This document shows positions 14,401-25,723 of a DNA stretch of 64,000 bases, one piece after another. The DNA lies in NCBI GenBank assembly GCA_051294375.1, contig CM119269.1, positions 3,080,026 to 3,144,025 of the forward strand. Reading direction: 5' to 3'. The position numbers were made by a program, and so were the translations under genes. The notes beneath the pieces were generated by a model. That model did not search any database. It saw only the letters and a list, made by a program, of their open reading frames with translations, and was not told where the DNA came from. Source of the stretch: Paraspadella gotoi (taxonomy: Eukaryota > Animalia > Chaetognatha). How positions within the stretch are numbered: the first letter of the stretch is position 1; each line of letters opens with the position of its first letter.

Positions 14401-15563
14401 AGGGTGGAAAATGGAAGGTAAGGTCGTTTGGAAGAAAAAAATTAAAGTTTTCGCGAAAATTAAAATAGGAAACGAAGCGGAAATGGCGTACCTGTCGGGA
14501 GTGAACTTCCAGGCGGCCAGATCCTCCTGCGCCTCTTTCATCTTCTTGTTGGCGTCTTTGACTTCGGACTTCATGCGCTGAAACATCAGGTTGACGGCGG
14601 GATCGAGGAGCAACGACTTCAGTTGCGTCACCGATGGCGTCGACGACGTCTTCAGCATCTGAATGTGATTCTGGAGGAAAATGAAGTCGCGGTTGAGTGT
14701 CAGCGGCGTTAAAGATACTTACCGAGAGAATAATCGAGAACAATTCCAAAAGGACTCTTAAAGCAAACTTACCCGATATTCGACGACCTCTTGCTCTTTC
14801 GCCGTTAACTTCAGGACCATGAGGTTCTCGCGACGCTGACCCTCGCTTAACTGGGACTTCATTTGCGCTTCTAAGTGGCGTAAGCTCGCGACCTCGTTGG
14901 CTAGCGCTGACAGAAAATCAAGTATTTTGATCCATCATTCTACACAATTACATTTCGAGCACACAATTTGACAATCGCCCTAATTATATATTGCCTTACC
15001 TAATGTTTCAGAGTCATTTACCAAATCCTCCAGTGTGTTCAAATACACCTCCTGTTCGATCCATCTAAGTAATCGAAGAAAAAAAAACGGATAAGACTTA
15101 AAATTTACAACAAAAAATCTTAAATTAAAAAAAAAAAAATTAAAAAACGACTCTGCTGTGGGAGGCAATAATATAAATTTAATATTATACCGCGTATGTT
15201 AATGAGAATCTCTAGCCTCAGCCTCTATTAGTTAAACTGCGCAACTTATTGCCGCCTAAAAAATCGTAAACCGTTTGAATACTCTGAACCCAAAGATAAC
15301 GCCCTTGCCCGTGCAATCGCCGAAGAACATTACAAGAATTACATGTCTCCAAAAAAATTTAAAAAGTAACTTTGAAAGTTATCATAACCGGAGAATTATT
15401 GAAAATTTCAAATTCTCATTAAAAAAGGCACCAAAAGAACCAATAATTGCCATATATAAAAATTAAAATGCAAATACCTGGCGATGAGATCATCCTTGGA
15501 CAATTGCCTCAGCTCGTCCTTTGAGAGTCTTATTCGCTTCGATGGAGGCGGTTGCTCAGTCAT
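11414..15563 (-). CDS. WTAP: Pre-mRNA-splicing regulator WTAP / Fl(2)d (m6A writer complex subunit), 6 coding exons
   Basis: MTEQPPPSKRIRLSKDELRQLSKDDLIAR|WIEQEVYL...RRENLMVLKLTAKEQEV...LLDPAVNLMFQRMKSE...AWKFTPDS|QTGKRLMARCRSLLQENESIG...EVDEFIAELDEDVEGMQSTIYLLQQQL matches the conserved WTAP blocks; GT-AG junctions keep the frame. Confidence 0.96.
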
Positions 15564-17297
15564 ATTCTCGTTAAACTCTCTAAAGGCGACGTTTTTTGTA
15601 AATCAAATACTGTATGCAATAATATTAAAGAATCTACGAAGGACGTACCGATCTGTGCTAAGTGCAGTGTAGACAGCATCGACTACTTCCTCTGAAAGAG
15701 CAACGAGCCAGAGAGACTGAAAGGAGCTGTTGCTAAGATGTAAGGAGCTGCTGTGACTCTGCAAACCACAAGAAAATCGGTGGCCAATCACGTCGCTGCA
15801 TCAAACATCAACCTCCAATCAAACTTGGCGTTTTTAGCTACTGCTAAGTGTAACATCTAAAGAAGAATGAAATCGAACCCATGATTTAGTATAATACTTT
15901 AATAGTGGTAGTATAGTAAATAAATAGTAATAATGTCATATAGTAAAACTTCAAAATTGTGAGTGGATGGTAATAGCAATTTTAATTAACAGCTAAATTA
16001 TTCAAATTTAATACAAAGAAAAGCTTAACCTAAACGCATACCAGTCGAATAGTCCTGACTTTAAAAAACAGCGGTATTTCTATTAATAATTAGCAGTAGC
16101 AAAAAAAAGAAGAAAAATCATGAAGATTTTTTTAAAAATTTTGGCAAACTAAGCAAACTGAGCTCGAAATTAGATAGAATCTGACAGGTTTTTTGTTCGT
16201 GATGTTTTGGGTTCCCGATTGAAAACAAAAGATGATTAGGAAAAAGGGTAATTCAAATCAACTTAAAATAGGCTTACAATGACTCCCCTGTCGCTACTCG
16301 ACGTGGCAGAGGGAGACCTCTAGAAAGACAATAGGTAAACGATGCCCTTACCAAAACTGTAGCAACCTCACCTGGCTCTCCCCAGGCGAGGCGCCTGTTC
16401 AAAAGACCGCTACAGTGAGAGGAAGGGGAAGACTCGACTCCTAATGCTAAGGCTAATTCCTCGCCATAATATCTAATATAAGGTGAGAAGAAGGCAACCC
16501 GTAGGCGCAGCGGGCCGGCGAAGAGCGGGGGGACACCGGCGAGGGCCGGGACCTAAGGGCCCCGAGAAGAGAGAAAAGAAGAAAAAATGAATAAATAAGA
16601 AGAAAAAACAAAAGGGAAGAATTAAGAGAAGTTTGAGCTCTGGAGCAATTCTCAAAGCAAAAAGTGTGGCGAATCCTAAATTCGCTACAAAAGTGTAATA
16701 GAAAACTACAATTAAGAGAGAGGGGGGCGTGGCGGCGGCCAGTGGAGGGGCCCGCCATTTCTCTCACCGCCCCTGGGTAGGCGTACCAGGTCAGATGGAT
16801 ATAAGAGTAGCCCTAGGCATATTCCCGAGAGACACACTAGCCGATCCGAGCATCACAAGTTTAACAACCCTTAATCCTGAAGACCTTTGACATGCCCTTG
16901 ACCCGGCATCATCGTCAACTCTTTTTTGTCCGGGGAAGGAAGGAAAGGCCAGCTCTATTTTGAGCTCTTTCTTTACTTTATGTTTCACTTTTTCTTACTC
17001 TATAACTATTTCATTTTTCTTTTGTTTGTTCATGTAGAATTTAATTTATCTCAGTTACTTATTAATCTTCAGTTTTATCAAATTTAACAATGTTATCACC
17101 TCATACTTTAATCAAATGTATTTCACTGTAGTTGGTTAAAATTTAAATTTATTTTCTCTTCCGGCCTATACTGTCTCTCAACCTGCTCTCAATCTCTCAC
17201 TGTCCTTTTCTAAATTCTTTGTTGGAATAACTTTCTCTTCTCTCTCTCTCTTAACTTTTTGACAAAAACCTGTGAGAATTTTAAATAAAATCTTGAG

Positions 17298-17336
17298 CTG
17301 ATGAAGGCAAGTAGCAGATTATAGCCGAAACATGTC
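17298..17336 (+). ncRNA. Minimal type-I hammerhead ribozyme-like motif (Penelope-like element type)
   Basis: CTGATGA-A-GGC-(15 nt)-GCC-GAAA-CATG-TC: both conserved core boxes, a short stem II, a palindromic CATG loop III and a GUC cleavage triplet. Stem I pairing is poor. Confidence 0.65.
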
Positions 17337-17438
17337 CGTTTATATTATTAAAAATAAGATAAATTTCGTTGTCTGAAAACAAAACAACATTTTTCTTAAT
17401 TTATGCTAACAACGCAACGAAAAGAAACAGCTCTCGCT

Positions 17439-18779
17439 TTAAAACTCCAGAGATACTTTTATCCCTAGAACTTGATCAGTCAATCGTAAATGTGACCTAA
17501 AGTACATTCTTTTCCAGGCTTCCCTCCGGCTCATAACGTTTATTCGATATTCATTCTCTGGAACGCCATCGAGGATGGTTTGGATTTTTAACGCTTCTTT
17601 CAAATAACGAGGCACGTGATCCTTTCGCCTGTACGTCAAAAATCTGCGGAGTCAGTATTTGTCCCTCTGTCTGTTTAAACAGGGCGGCGGAGTAGGCAAG
17701 GGCCTCCTCGATACATTGAGCGACGATGGATCGGTACCGACACTTGCAAGTCTCTCGCTGAAACCATCTGTTGCGGGAACCGGATCTGGAAATATGCAGT
17801 GAAAGAAGATCGATTTGAAGTTTTAAATTTAATTTGAATTCATTTAACTCAGCATAAGGTCTGCCACGTTTCTCTTACCCGCCGAGGACAAGAATATCGG
17901 CATGCAGCCTGCGGTCGGTTATTCTTGCCGGCGTCCTAACCAACCGGAACCCAAAGTTCATTTTGACGAGATAAAATGGCGCGGCGGATTCGGCTATTCG
18001 TCTCTCGAACGCCGCCATCACCGCGTCGATAGTGCCGACGCCAGATTTTTGATCGCTACAGAAAAGTCTCGACTCCGAAGACGAGGTTTTATTGGCGTCG
18101 CACACGAAATTAAGCCAAACAGGGAACAAAATGTCCAAGTCGTAATCGTCCGGGATTTTACCCTGATGTCGATAGGCGCCTTGTATTGCAACATAATTTT
18201 GTAGCTTAATATCAATAATAATTAATAATATTATTATATTAATAATAAAGGCGAATTTAAAGATAGCAATGGTATTTTTTCTTAAAATTATATTACTTAT
18301 GTCTGCTTGTAAAATTACGATGATTAATCAGAGTCAAACTCGAAGTGACTTGCCTATCAACGACCCGCCATTCAGGGAATACGTAAAGTTCATGACGTTC
18401 ATCCAGGTAATCATAAACTGTTCCAAAATATCGTCCTCGTCCGGTAAGTAAAGCGATTGTTCTGAGAAGAACAAAAAATATTCCGCTTCATTGCGACGAC
18501 TAAAGGTAAATAATATTTAAAGTTGGGCCTACCAACGTTCCAGGGACACGAACGACGCGCGTCGGTCTTCGTTCTCAAGTTGAGATCGCGAAAACTCGCT
18601 GCTTCGAACAGAGAATCTGTGTGAGTCTTCAACGGGACGAAGGACGTAAAGAATCGTCGGAAGCGGTAAGGTTTGAGGTAGTCGCCGAACTTGTACACGA
18701 ATGATAGGATCGTAGCAGAGAGCGCAAAAGTGGTCACGGCCACCGCTAGTCTCTTGCAGCAAGGTTGCGTCCGCCGCAT
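17439..18779 (-). CDS. LicD / fukutin-related nucleotidyltransferase-fold protein, type II membrane (copy 1), 4 exons
   Basis: N-terminal TM (LAVAVTTFALSATILSFVY); spliced motif LNGGSLI|GAYRHQGKIPDDYDLDI matches the LicD consensus GTLLGAxRHxxxIPWDxDxD; the last exon is in frame with the ORF ending at 17439. Confidence 0.8.
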
Positions 18780-18940
18780 GACGTGGCCCCTGAGAATGGG
18801 AAAACAGCGCTGGTTTGATCTTCATCGATACTCGACGATAATTCGCCAGAAACAAAATGTATACAAGTGTTGGAAGGAAACGGTCAAATCATCCTTTAAT
18901 TCCTGGCGTCTCTATTTTTGAGGTTGTTTTTTTTTTGTTT

Positions 18941-19516
18941 AGAACAAATTTGAGCAAACAATGCCGGATCTTCAAGTTAATTAATTTGATCTTATATTGT
19001 TTGCTCAAACATGTTTGTTTTTATGTCTTTTCGTCACTGTCCACGAACCACGACGACGATGATGGCGACGACATTAACGCCAATAACGGTTAATTCATTG
19101 ACTTACTAGACTGATTAATTAATTATTAATTAATTGATTAATAAACTGATTAATTATTGGATTAATTAATACATCTTACATTTATATTTAATTTCGTGAA
19201 ACAGGTTTTTTGTTTTTTCTATTTAAACTCATTTCCACTCGGACATTGCATCGAAACTAGATTTCCAGCCTATTCACACACTTTCCTACCCACATACAAA
19301 ATTCCAAATCAATCGCCCCATACAATCAAGAGTAATTGGCGTTCAAAGCTAAGGGAGGACGGACGGACAGACAGAGACAGACAGACGGACGGACATCGTT
19401 TTTTTGTGTATAATTTATCATAATACTATGTTCTGACATGATTTAAATGACCTACCGACATGATTGGGGGGCGGACCGACGGACCGACAAAGTTAATTAA
19501 AGAGCCGGAATCTGCA
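18941..19516 (-). mobile_element. Helentron/HINE (DINE-1-like) non-autonomous element, copy A
   Basis: Reverse-complement match to 20557-21370, including the ggacggacggacagacag microsatellite, gcggaccgacggaccgacaaagt and the terminal ...ccggcattgtttgctcaaatttgtt. Confidence 0.6.
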
Positions 19517-19529
19517 TATGGAGGCCTTA

Positions 19530-19620
19530 AACCACCAAAGCCTGTCCAAAGTCAGGGGCAAGATAGCTTATTTATTAAATGAATGGATAATTTTTATATT
19601 GGTTGTACCAATTTCATAAG
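19530..19620 (+). repeat. Short dispersed repeat (~70-90 bp); other copies at ~30775-30810 (-, partial), ~31908-31990 and ~40097-40168
   Basis: Shared core caagatagcttatttatt...atggataatttt(t)atattggtt is visible in three plus-strand copies; one partial minus-strand copy carries its 3' half. Confidence 0.75.
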
Positions 19621-20417
19621 CAAATCCGGCTAAAATTGAATTGTGGGTTTCTCTCGTACCTAGAAACTGATTTCTAAACAACTTGGCTCAACAGTGTTGA
19701 TTCTGGATGTTCACTCGCTATTTAATCTTTGAAACCGTATAACTTGTCATCCCGAACAAAACCTTGTACTATCGACTAAGATTCCGATCAAGATAAAAAA
19801 AATTATTTAAACCGTTTGAGAAAAATTATATGGAAAAGATGCCCCATAATTAGGGCTTTAATATATGCCAGTCCCATCGTTCTATCATTTTTTAAAATAT
19901 ATCAAAGAAAATCAATTATTTTATTACCAATTAAGTCACTCGGCCGAAGCTAAAAATTTAAGTGGAACCGAAAAGAAAATTTAACGAACGCAGATTTCTT
20001 TTAAAAATTGGACGTGGAAAATGACCAATTTTTTTAGATTATTTTTCAACGCGTGGATCGATTGATTTCAAATGTTGTATATATCAAAATATTGACATCA
20101 TTTCCTATCAGTAAATGTAAAAACATTTAAAATAACATTATAAACGGCCAGGTAACTAGCCGATCTTCGTTTATCGAATCGAAAACGACGAAAAGATCTT
20201 ATCGCGTCTGAAATAATTTTTTCTGTGATTTTTTTCCTTTTTGGTGCTGCATCAGAGAATCCTTTAATTTCAAAGAAAAGATTTCCAAATCTGGAAAAAA
20301 AATAACTACTCGAGTTTCAACTTTAACAAATTCTTTATTTTATTTCATGTTTTTATATAGCAAAAAAAGATTTGAGTTTTGACAACGAATAACATTAGCA
20401 TAAACAAATTGTTTATG

Positions 20418-20454
20418 CTGATGAAGGCTTAAATAACTAAAGCCGAAACATGTC
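20418..20454 (+). ncRNA. Minimal type-I hammerhead ribozyme-like motif (second copy)
   Basis: CTGATGA-A-GGCTT-aaataacta-AAGCC-GAAA-CATG-TC, with a 5-bp stem II whose loop differs from the 17298 copy. Confidence 0.7.
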
Positions 20455-20556
20455 CTATACTTGACAAAACTATTTTTTTTTTCGCTAAATATTATTAAAA
20501 CGAAAACGATGAAACGTTGATTGACAAAAAATTTACGGCGAGATTAAAATTATCAG

Positions 20557-21370
20557 CTTTTTAGTCGGATCTGCTTATCAGCAGATCCCGACTCTATAAT
20601 TCACTTTGTCGGTCCGACGGTCCGCCCCCTTAATCTTGTCGGGCACTCACTTATATCATGTCAGAACATCGAATTATGATAAATTATCCCCAAAAAAATG
20701 ATATCCGTCCATCCGTCTGTCAGTCCAATTACTCGTGATTGGATGGATGGATTAGAATTAAATTTTGTGTGTGGGTAGGGAAGTGTGTGATTGAGCTGGA
20801 TATGAAGTTTTGATGGAATCGTCCAAGTGGAAATGAGTTTAAATGTAAAAACAAAAAAATATATTTCACTATTTAATTACCAATTGATCATGAGTGGATA
20901 GGGTGATTGACCTGAAATTTAATATGTGGGTAGGAAAGTGTGTGATTAAGCTGGAAATCAAGTTTCGATGGAATCGTTAGAGTGGAAATGAGTTTAAATG
21001 GAAAAAACAAAAAACCTGTTTTACTAAAAGATTATGCTTCTTTTTATTTTTATATTAAATGTAAATGCAAGATGTATTAATTAATCAAGTTAATCAGTTA
21101 ATTAATCAATTTGTCAATTAATTAATCAATCAATTATTTAATCAGTCAATCAATCAAGTCAATCGTTAATAGTATTATTCTCATCGTCGTCATTGCTTTT
21201 GTCGTGGTTAGTGATGAAAAGACTTAAAAACAAACATTTGGGATCAAATTAATTAATTAACTTGAATTATTTAATTAATTAATTAATTAACTTCAATTAG
21301 TTAATTATTAATTACTTAATTACCGATAATGATCGTGGGCAGATCCGACATTATTTGCTCAAACTTGTTT
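20557..21370 (+). mobile_element. Helentron/HINE (DINE-1-like) non-autonomous element, copy B
   Basis: 5' T-run then hairpin agtcggatctgc-ttatca-gcagatcccgact; (GTCY)-type microsatellite ccgtccatccgtctgtc; internal duplication (~20760-20870 vs ~20915-21020); subterminal inverted repeat gcagatccgac near 21340. Confidence 0.62.
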
Positions 21371-21692
21371 AAGATATAAACATGTGAAATATTGCAGTTG
21401 GTCAAATATTGGGAATTAAGGATGGCGCGATTGTTTTTCAAACTAGGAAACCTTCAAGACTTCATATTCAAACTTTTTGCAGTTTCTGATTAAATTATGA
21501 TTAGTGAACCGGATATCAAGAAACAAATATTACAAACAATATAAAAGGAAAAATAATAACATTTTTCTCTTCAAAATATCATGATATCCATTTTTCTTTT
21601 AATCCAATAGTTTAATTTATTTGGCTTATATCTCAATTATGTCGTATAGGGTGATAGCAAGCTTAATGAGACAGCATTTTTGAGTTTTTAAA

Positions 21693-22065
21693 TTTTCGCA
21701 TACGCCCATATTTATACATAGTACTCACCATAGAAAATGTTATTTTCTTATTTTAAAAGCAGATTCGAATTCCTCACGAAAAGTTGATAAAAGAAAATAT
21801 AACTCTTTTTCGAAAATTATTTCATTAAGTGGGTCAAAATCCTAAAAAACTATTATTATTAACCTATAATTAAATTGTAGTATAATTTTTTTATTTTTTG
21901 AATTTTTGGCTAACTTAATGAAATAATTTTTGATTAAGACTTCTATTTTTTTATCAACTTTTTATAAGGAATTCGAATCTGCTTTCAAAACTAAAAAAAA
22001 TATTGTAAAATTTTGACATTTTCTGTGGTGAGTACTATGTATAAATATGGGCGTAAGCGTAAAAT
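21693..22065. mobile_element. MITE-like foldback element with ~130-bp imperfect terminal inverted repeats
   Basis: tacgcccatatttatacatagtactcacca...gcagattcgaattcct...aaagttgataaaa is mirrored by ttatcaacttt...aggaattcgaatctgc...tggtgagtactatgtataaatatgggcgta. Confidence 0.75.
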
Positions 22066-22324
22066 GAGAAATTTTTTAAAAAAATTTTTCATATATTAAT
22101 GTTTTTTTGTCCAAAACTGTTCAGATTAACTATTCTAATTTTGATCTGCAACTACGCCTTTATCCAGAGTCCTAACGATTTCCCTTGCGTTGGCCAAGCG
22201 AGACGGTCCTAGGGTAACCGCGCCAGTGACTGGAAGCGTCATTGAGGGTCGGAAGCCTCAATCCAACATTGAGATGCCCCATCCAATGGGCATCACAGGC
22301 AACCCGGCTGTTGCCATAATAGTC

Positions 22325-22460
22325 TCAAATCCTAATATCTAACTCTTATCCCCTGGGCTCTATGCCTAACCCTGAACCTTAATGTTTAATCCTAATTCTC
22401 AACCCAATCCTCTAGTCCTTACTAAATCCATTATCTTATCCCTTTAACCTAATCTTTAAA
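22325..22460 (+). repeat. Degenerate (CCCTAA)-like interstitial repeat; opposite-orientation counterpart at ~32040-32180
   Basis: 6-nt periodic cctaac/cctaat/cctgaa units here, and ttaggg/ttaagg units at 32040-32180. Confidence 0.5.
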
Positions 22461-22628
22461 TATGATAAGTAAATGGAATCAACTGTGGATGCAACAAGGT
22501 GTGGACGAACAACCACACAACACGGAATAAATACCTTTCTAAAAATTAATGTATTTAATTAATTAATTAATGTATTTAATTAATGTATTTAATATTCCTC
22601 AAAAAGTTTATTCAAGCTCTAATTGAAA

Positions 22629-23186
22629 NNNNNNNNNNNNNNNNNNNNNNNNNNNNNNNNNNNNNNNNNNNNNNNNNNNNNNNNNNNNNNNNNNNNNNNN
22701 NNNNNNNNNNNNNNNNNNNNNNNNNNNNNNNNNNNNNNNNNNNNNNNNNNNNNNNNNNNNNNNNNNNNNNNNNNNNNNNNNNNNNNNNNNNNNNNNNNNN
22801 NNNNNNNNNNNNNNNNNNNNNNNNNNNNNNNNNNNNNNNNNNNNNNNNNNNNNNNNNNNNNNNNNNNNNNNNNNNNNNNNNNNNNNNNNNNNNNNNNNNN
22901 NNNNNNNNNNNNNNNNNNNNNNNNNNNNNNNNNNNNNNNNNNNNNNNNNNNNNNNNNNNNNNNNNNNNNNNNNNNNNNNNNNNNNNNNNNNNNNNNNNNN
23001 NNNNNNNNNNNNNNNNNNNNNNNNNNNNNNNNNNNNNNNNNNNNNNNNNNNNNNNNNNNNNNNNNNNNNNNNNNNNNNNNNNNNNNNNNNNNNNNNNNNN
23101 NNNNNNNNNNNNNNNNNNNNNNNNNNNNNNNNNNNNNNNNNNNNNNNNNNNNNNNNNNNNNNNNNNNNNNNNNNNNNNNNNNNNNN
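22629..23186. other. Assembly gap (N run) with duplicated flanks
   Basis: Ns; identical ~39-nt sequence taatattcctcaaaaagtttattcaagctctaattgaaa on both sides. Confidence 0.95.
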
Positions 23187-23394
23187 TAATATTCCTCAAA
23201 AAGTTTATTCAAGCTCTAATTGAAAGTTGTTACTGTAGCTCAAATATTAAATTATTAATTATTAAACGAAGTAATTAAAACTCGAGTTTAGGATTCCAAA
23301 ACAAGTGGTACGGTTTCAAAGCTTAAAATTTAAGTTAAATTGCTAGTGAGAATCCAGAATACCATATATATTTATAATTGAGAACCATTTACTG

Positions 23395-23658
23395 TTACGA
23401 ACCTCCCTTTTTTTCTTCAGTGATAGTATATTTTATTATTTCTTTTACGGAAAAATCACCGGAATCAATAAAATTCCTCATTGCGATCCAACGGACACCG
23501 AAAATTTTGCCGTCGTTCAATGGAATTTTAGCGTCTTTGAGTATTTGCACGAATATTTCTTTCGTGCAGTAAGGCTGCTGAAAAATGGAACGTTCCGCTC
23601 GACGGCGCCGACGCTGCTGCTCTTCCTGACGCGCACGTTTTCCATCACGACACTGCTT
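23395..23658 (-). CDS. Possible terminal coding exon of an unidentified gene (87 codons plus stop)
   Basis: tttag acceptor then open frame KQCRDGKRARQEEQQRRRRAERSIFQQPYCTKEIFVQILKDAKIPLNDGKIFGVRWIAMRNF...KKGGS*; candidate upstream exons at ~24030-24480 are unresolved. Confidence 0.35.
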   Translation of the reverse strand, partial: KQCRDGKRARQEEQQRRRRRAERSIFQQPYCTKEIFVQILKDAKIPLNDGKIFGVRWIAMRNFIDSGDFSVKEIIKYTITEEKKGGS

Positions 23659-25723
23659 CTAAATCACATGATCCAATTGTGCAAAACAGAAAACGAAAAA
23701 TACTAATGAATACTAGTGGAAGGTAGAGCGGCAAAATTGAGCACACCATAGACGACTTTCTATATTTAGCTCGTCCCTAAATCGAGAAATAACAAGTTTT
23801 CCCTCCTTTTCAGATTTCTTTCTGCATTTGTTTTTGGTTTGTTTGCTTCTTTTTATTAGTTCTATCTTAAAAGTTGAATCCATACTGACATTACTTTCTA
23901 ATTTCTTCTTCCTTATTATTTTTTTTGTTTTTCCCCCTTTTCCCTTTTTTTCGCTTTCTCTTTCCATTTTTTTCTCGCCGGCCTCATCTTTTCAATCACC
24001 ATCGTAACTCAAGGACTGTGAGGAAAATCTCTACTTCGGTTAATGACCCCCGTGCCATCTTCATTATTATTAAACAGTTAAAAATATCACTTATGCTATA
24101 ATAATATTAATACGCTGTTATTCTATAATACGTACGTATATACGTCTATTTATTTTTAATCTAAGTTTTTTTAGAGAAAACTTTTTCGCTAATCCAATGC
24201 CGCTCTGGTGAGGTCGGTTCGTGGGTTGTTGTGACCCTTCGTTGTTTATCTAGTTTAAAGAAGAGGATGTTATAAATATGAATTAAGGAGAAACTATTTT
24301 TGATACTTCCTTGACCAAAGTAAGAAACAGCCTCTGCATAACTAGAAGGAACATTTGCGATAACCTGTTAGGAATGGTTGTCCTCTCTACGCCAAATTCA
24401 TCACCGTAGCGCCGTCCTCTTCCCTCCGCCGAAGCCAATTTCTCTCCTTCGATCGTCGAGATCGAAAAATTCAGCAAAAGCGAAGAAAAATTTCGTGCGG
24501 GAGGATTTTGCTGCGTGCGACGAGCGTGGAGGGGAGCGTGCGAGAGAGAAATAAGCGTGCGAACGCGCGCACGCGGTGGGCGTGAAGAAAAGAGAAAAAA
24601 AAAATCGCAAGAGGTGAGAGTGAATCCATCCATCATAGAGAAAAACAGTTTCGATGCCGTGCGAACTGCGCACGGACGTTGGTCCGTGTTTTGACTCAAA
24701 ATTTGAGTTTACTCCGAATGTTTCAATTGAGATAGTCACGTCCGGAACTTTACGGGTTAACTTGGATTTTTTTTTTCTGTCGCTCTCTCTCTCTCTCTCT
24801 CTCTCACAACTTCAATTCTTCCAACATCTATTTTATCCCCCCAAAAAATTAGCGTCTTTTGATGGGTCGACGAAATGAGCCAGCTTTTCGATTCATCCTC
24901 TTTTTTTTGTTGTCATGTTTTCTGTTTATTCGTTATCAGGGGCGGCGACGGCTTTACGACCAACAATAATAACAACGTCGAGATGAAGCTTTAAAGAAAA
25001 GTGTATGAACGACGGCGACAGTGATGACTTCGTCCATAATATGAGTCGACAATAAATCGGGATGAAAAAATAAATAAAATCAGGAACGAAACTCGGAGGG
25101 CGAACAAATAAGAGAATTCACACTCTATTCAGAAAGTAACTCAAAAAAAAAGAAAAAAAAAAGAAGGTATTCGTCGTTTTGGTTTCGGTCGTTTTCAGTT
25201 AAGGTCGTCAAGGATAAAATTTATTTTTGTCAAAAACCCATCAACTATTCGCATCCAAGTGTCTTCTTGTTTCGTTGTTTCGGGTTTTTTTGTTACATTT
25301 GACTGATTTTCACATGATACGTTTTTCACTTCCAACTTCGATTACGTTATATAGACAATTTTAACACAAAATATAATATCAGTACATATCGCTGATTACT
25401 TAAACAGCCAGTTTACATCGTACAAATGTTTGTTTATCGTCATGGAGAGTTATTGAATTACAGAACAAGATCGAAAACCGATAATAATGAATCATATGAC
25501 TGGCGTCGTATGTAATGTGATTGAAAGAAAATTGCCCCACCTCCTCGACCAAGTTTTCTTCCACCTATCCTGATTTCCCCATTATCCTTCTACCTCTCTT
25601 TTCTCCCCTTCACCCCCTCGTTACGGATCAAACAGCCCATGTACCCGAAACCTCTAGAAAGCGATATTTACGACACATTTGTTTTTTTAACAGAACGACG
25701 TCGTCGTCGCTGTCATCGTCGTC

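Noticed and set aside
22583-23278. Long ORFs spanning the N gap and apparent direct repeat on both sides
   Set aside because: ORFs are X runs; identical flanks indicate overlapping contig ends, an assembly artefact.
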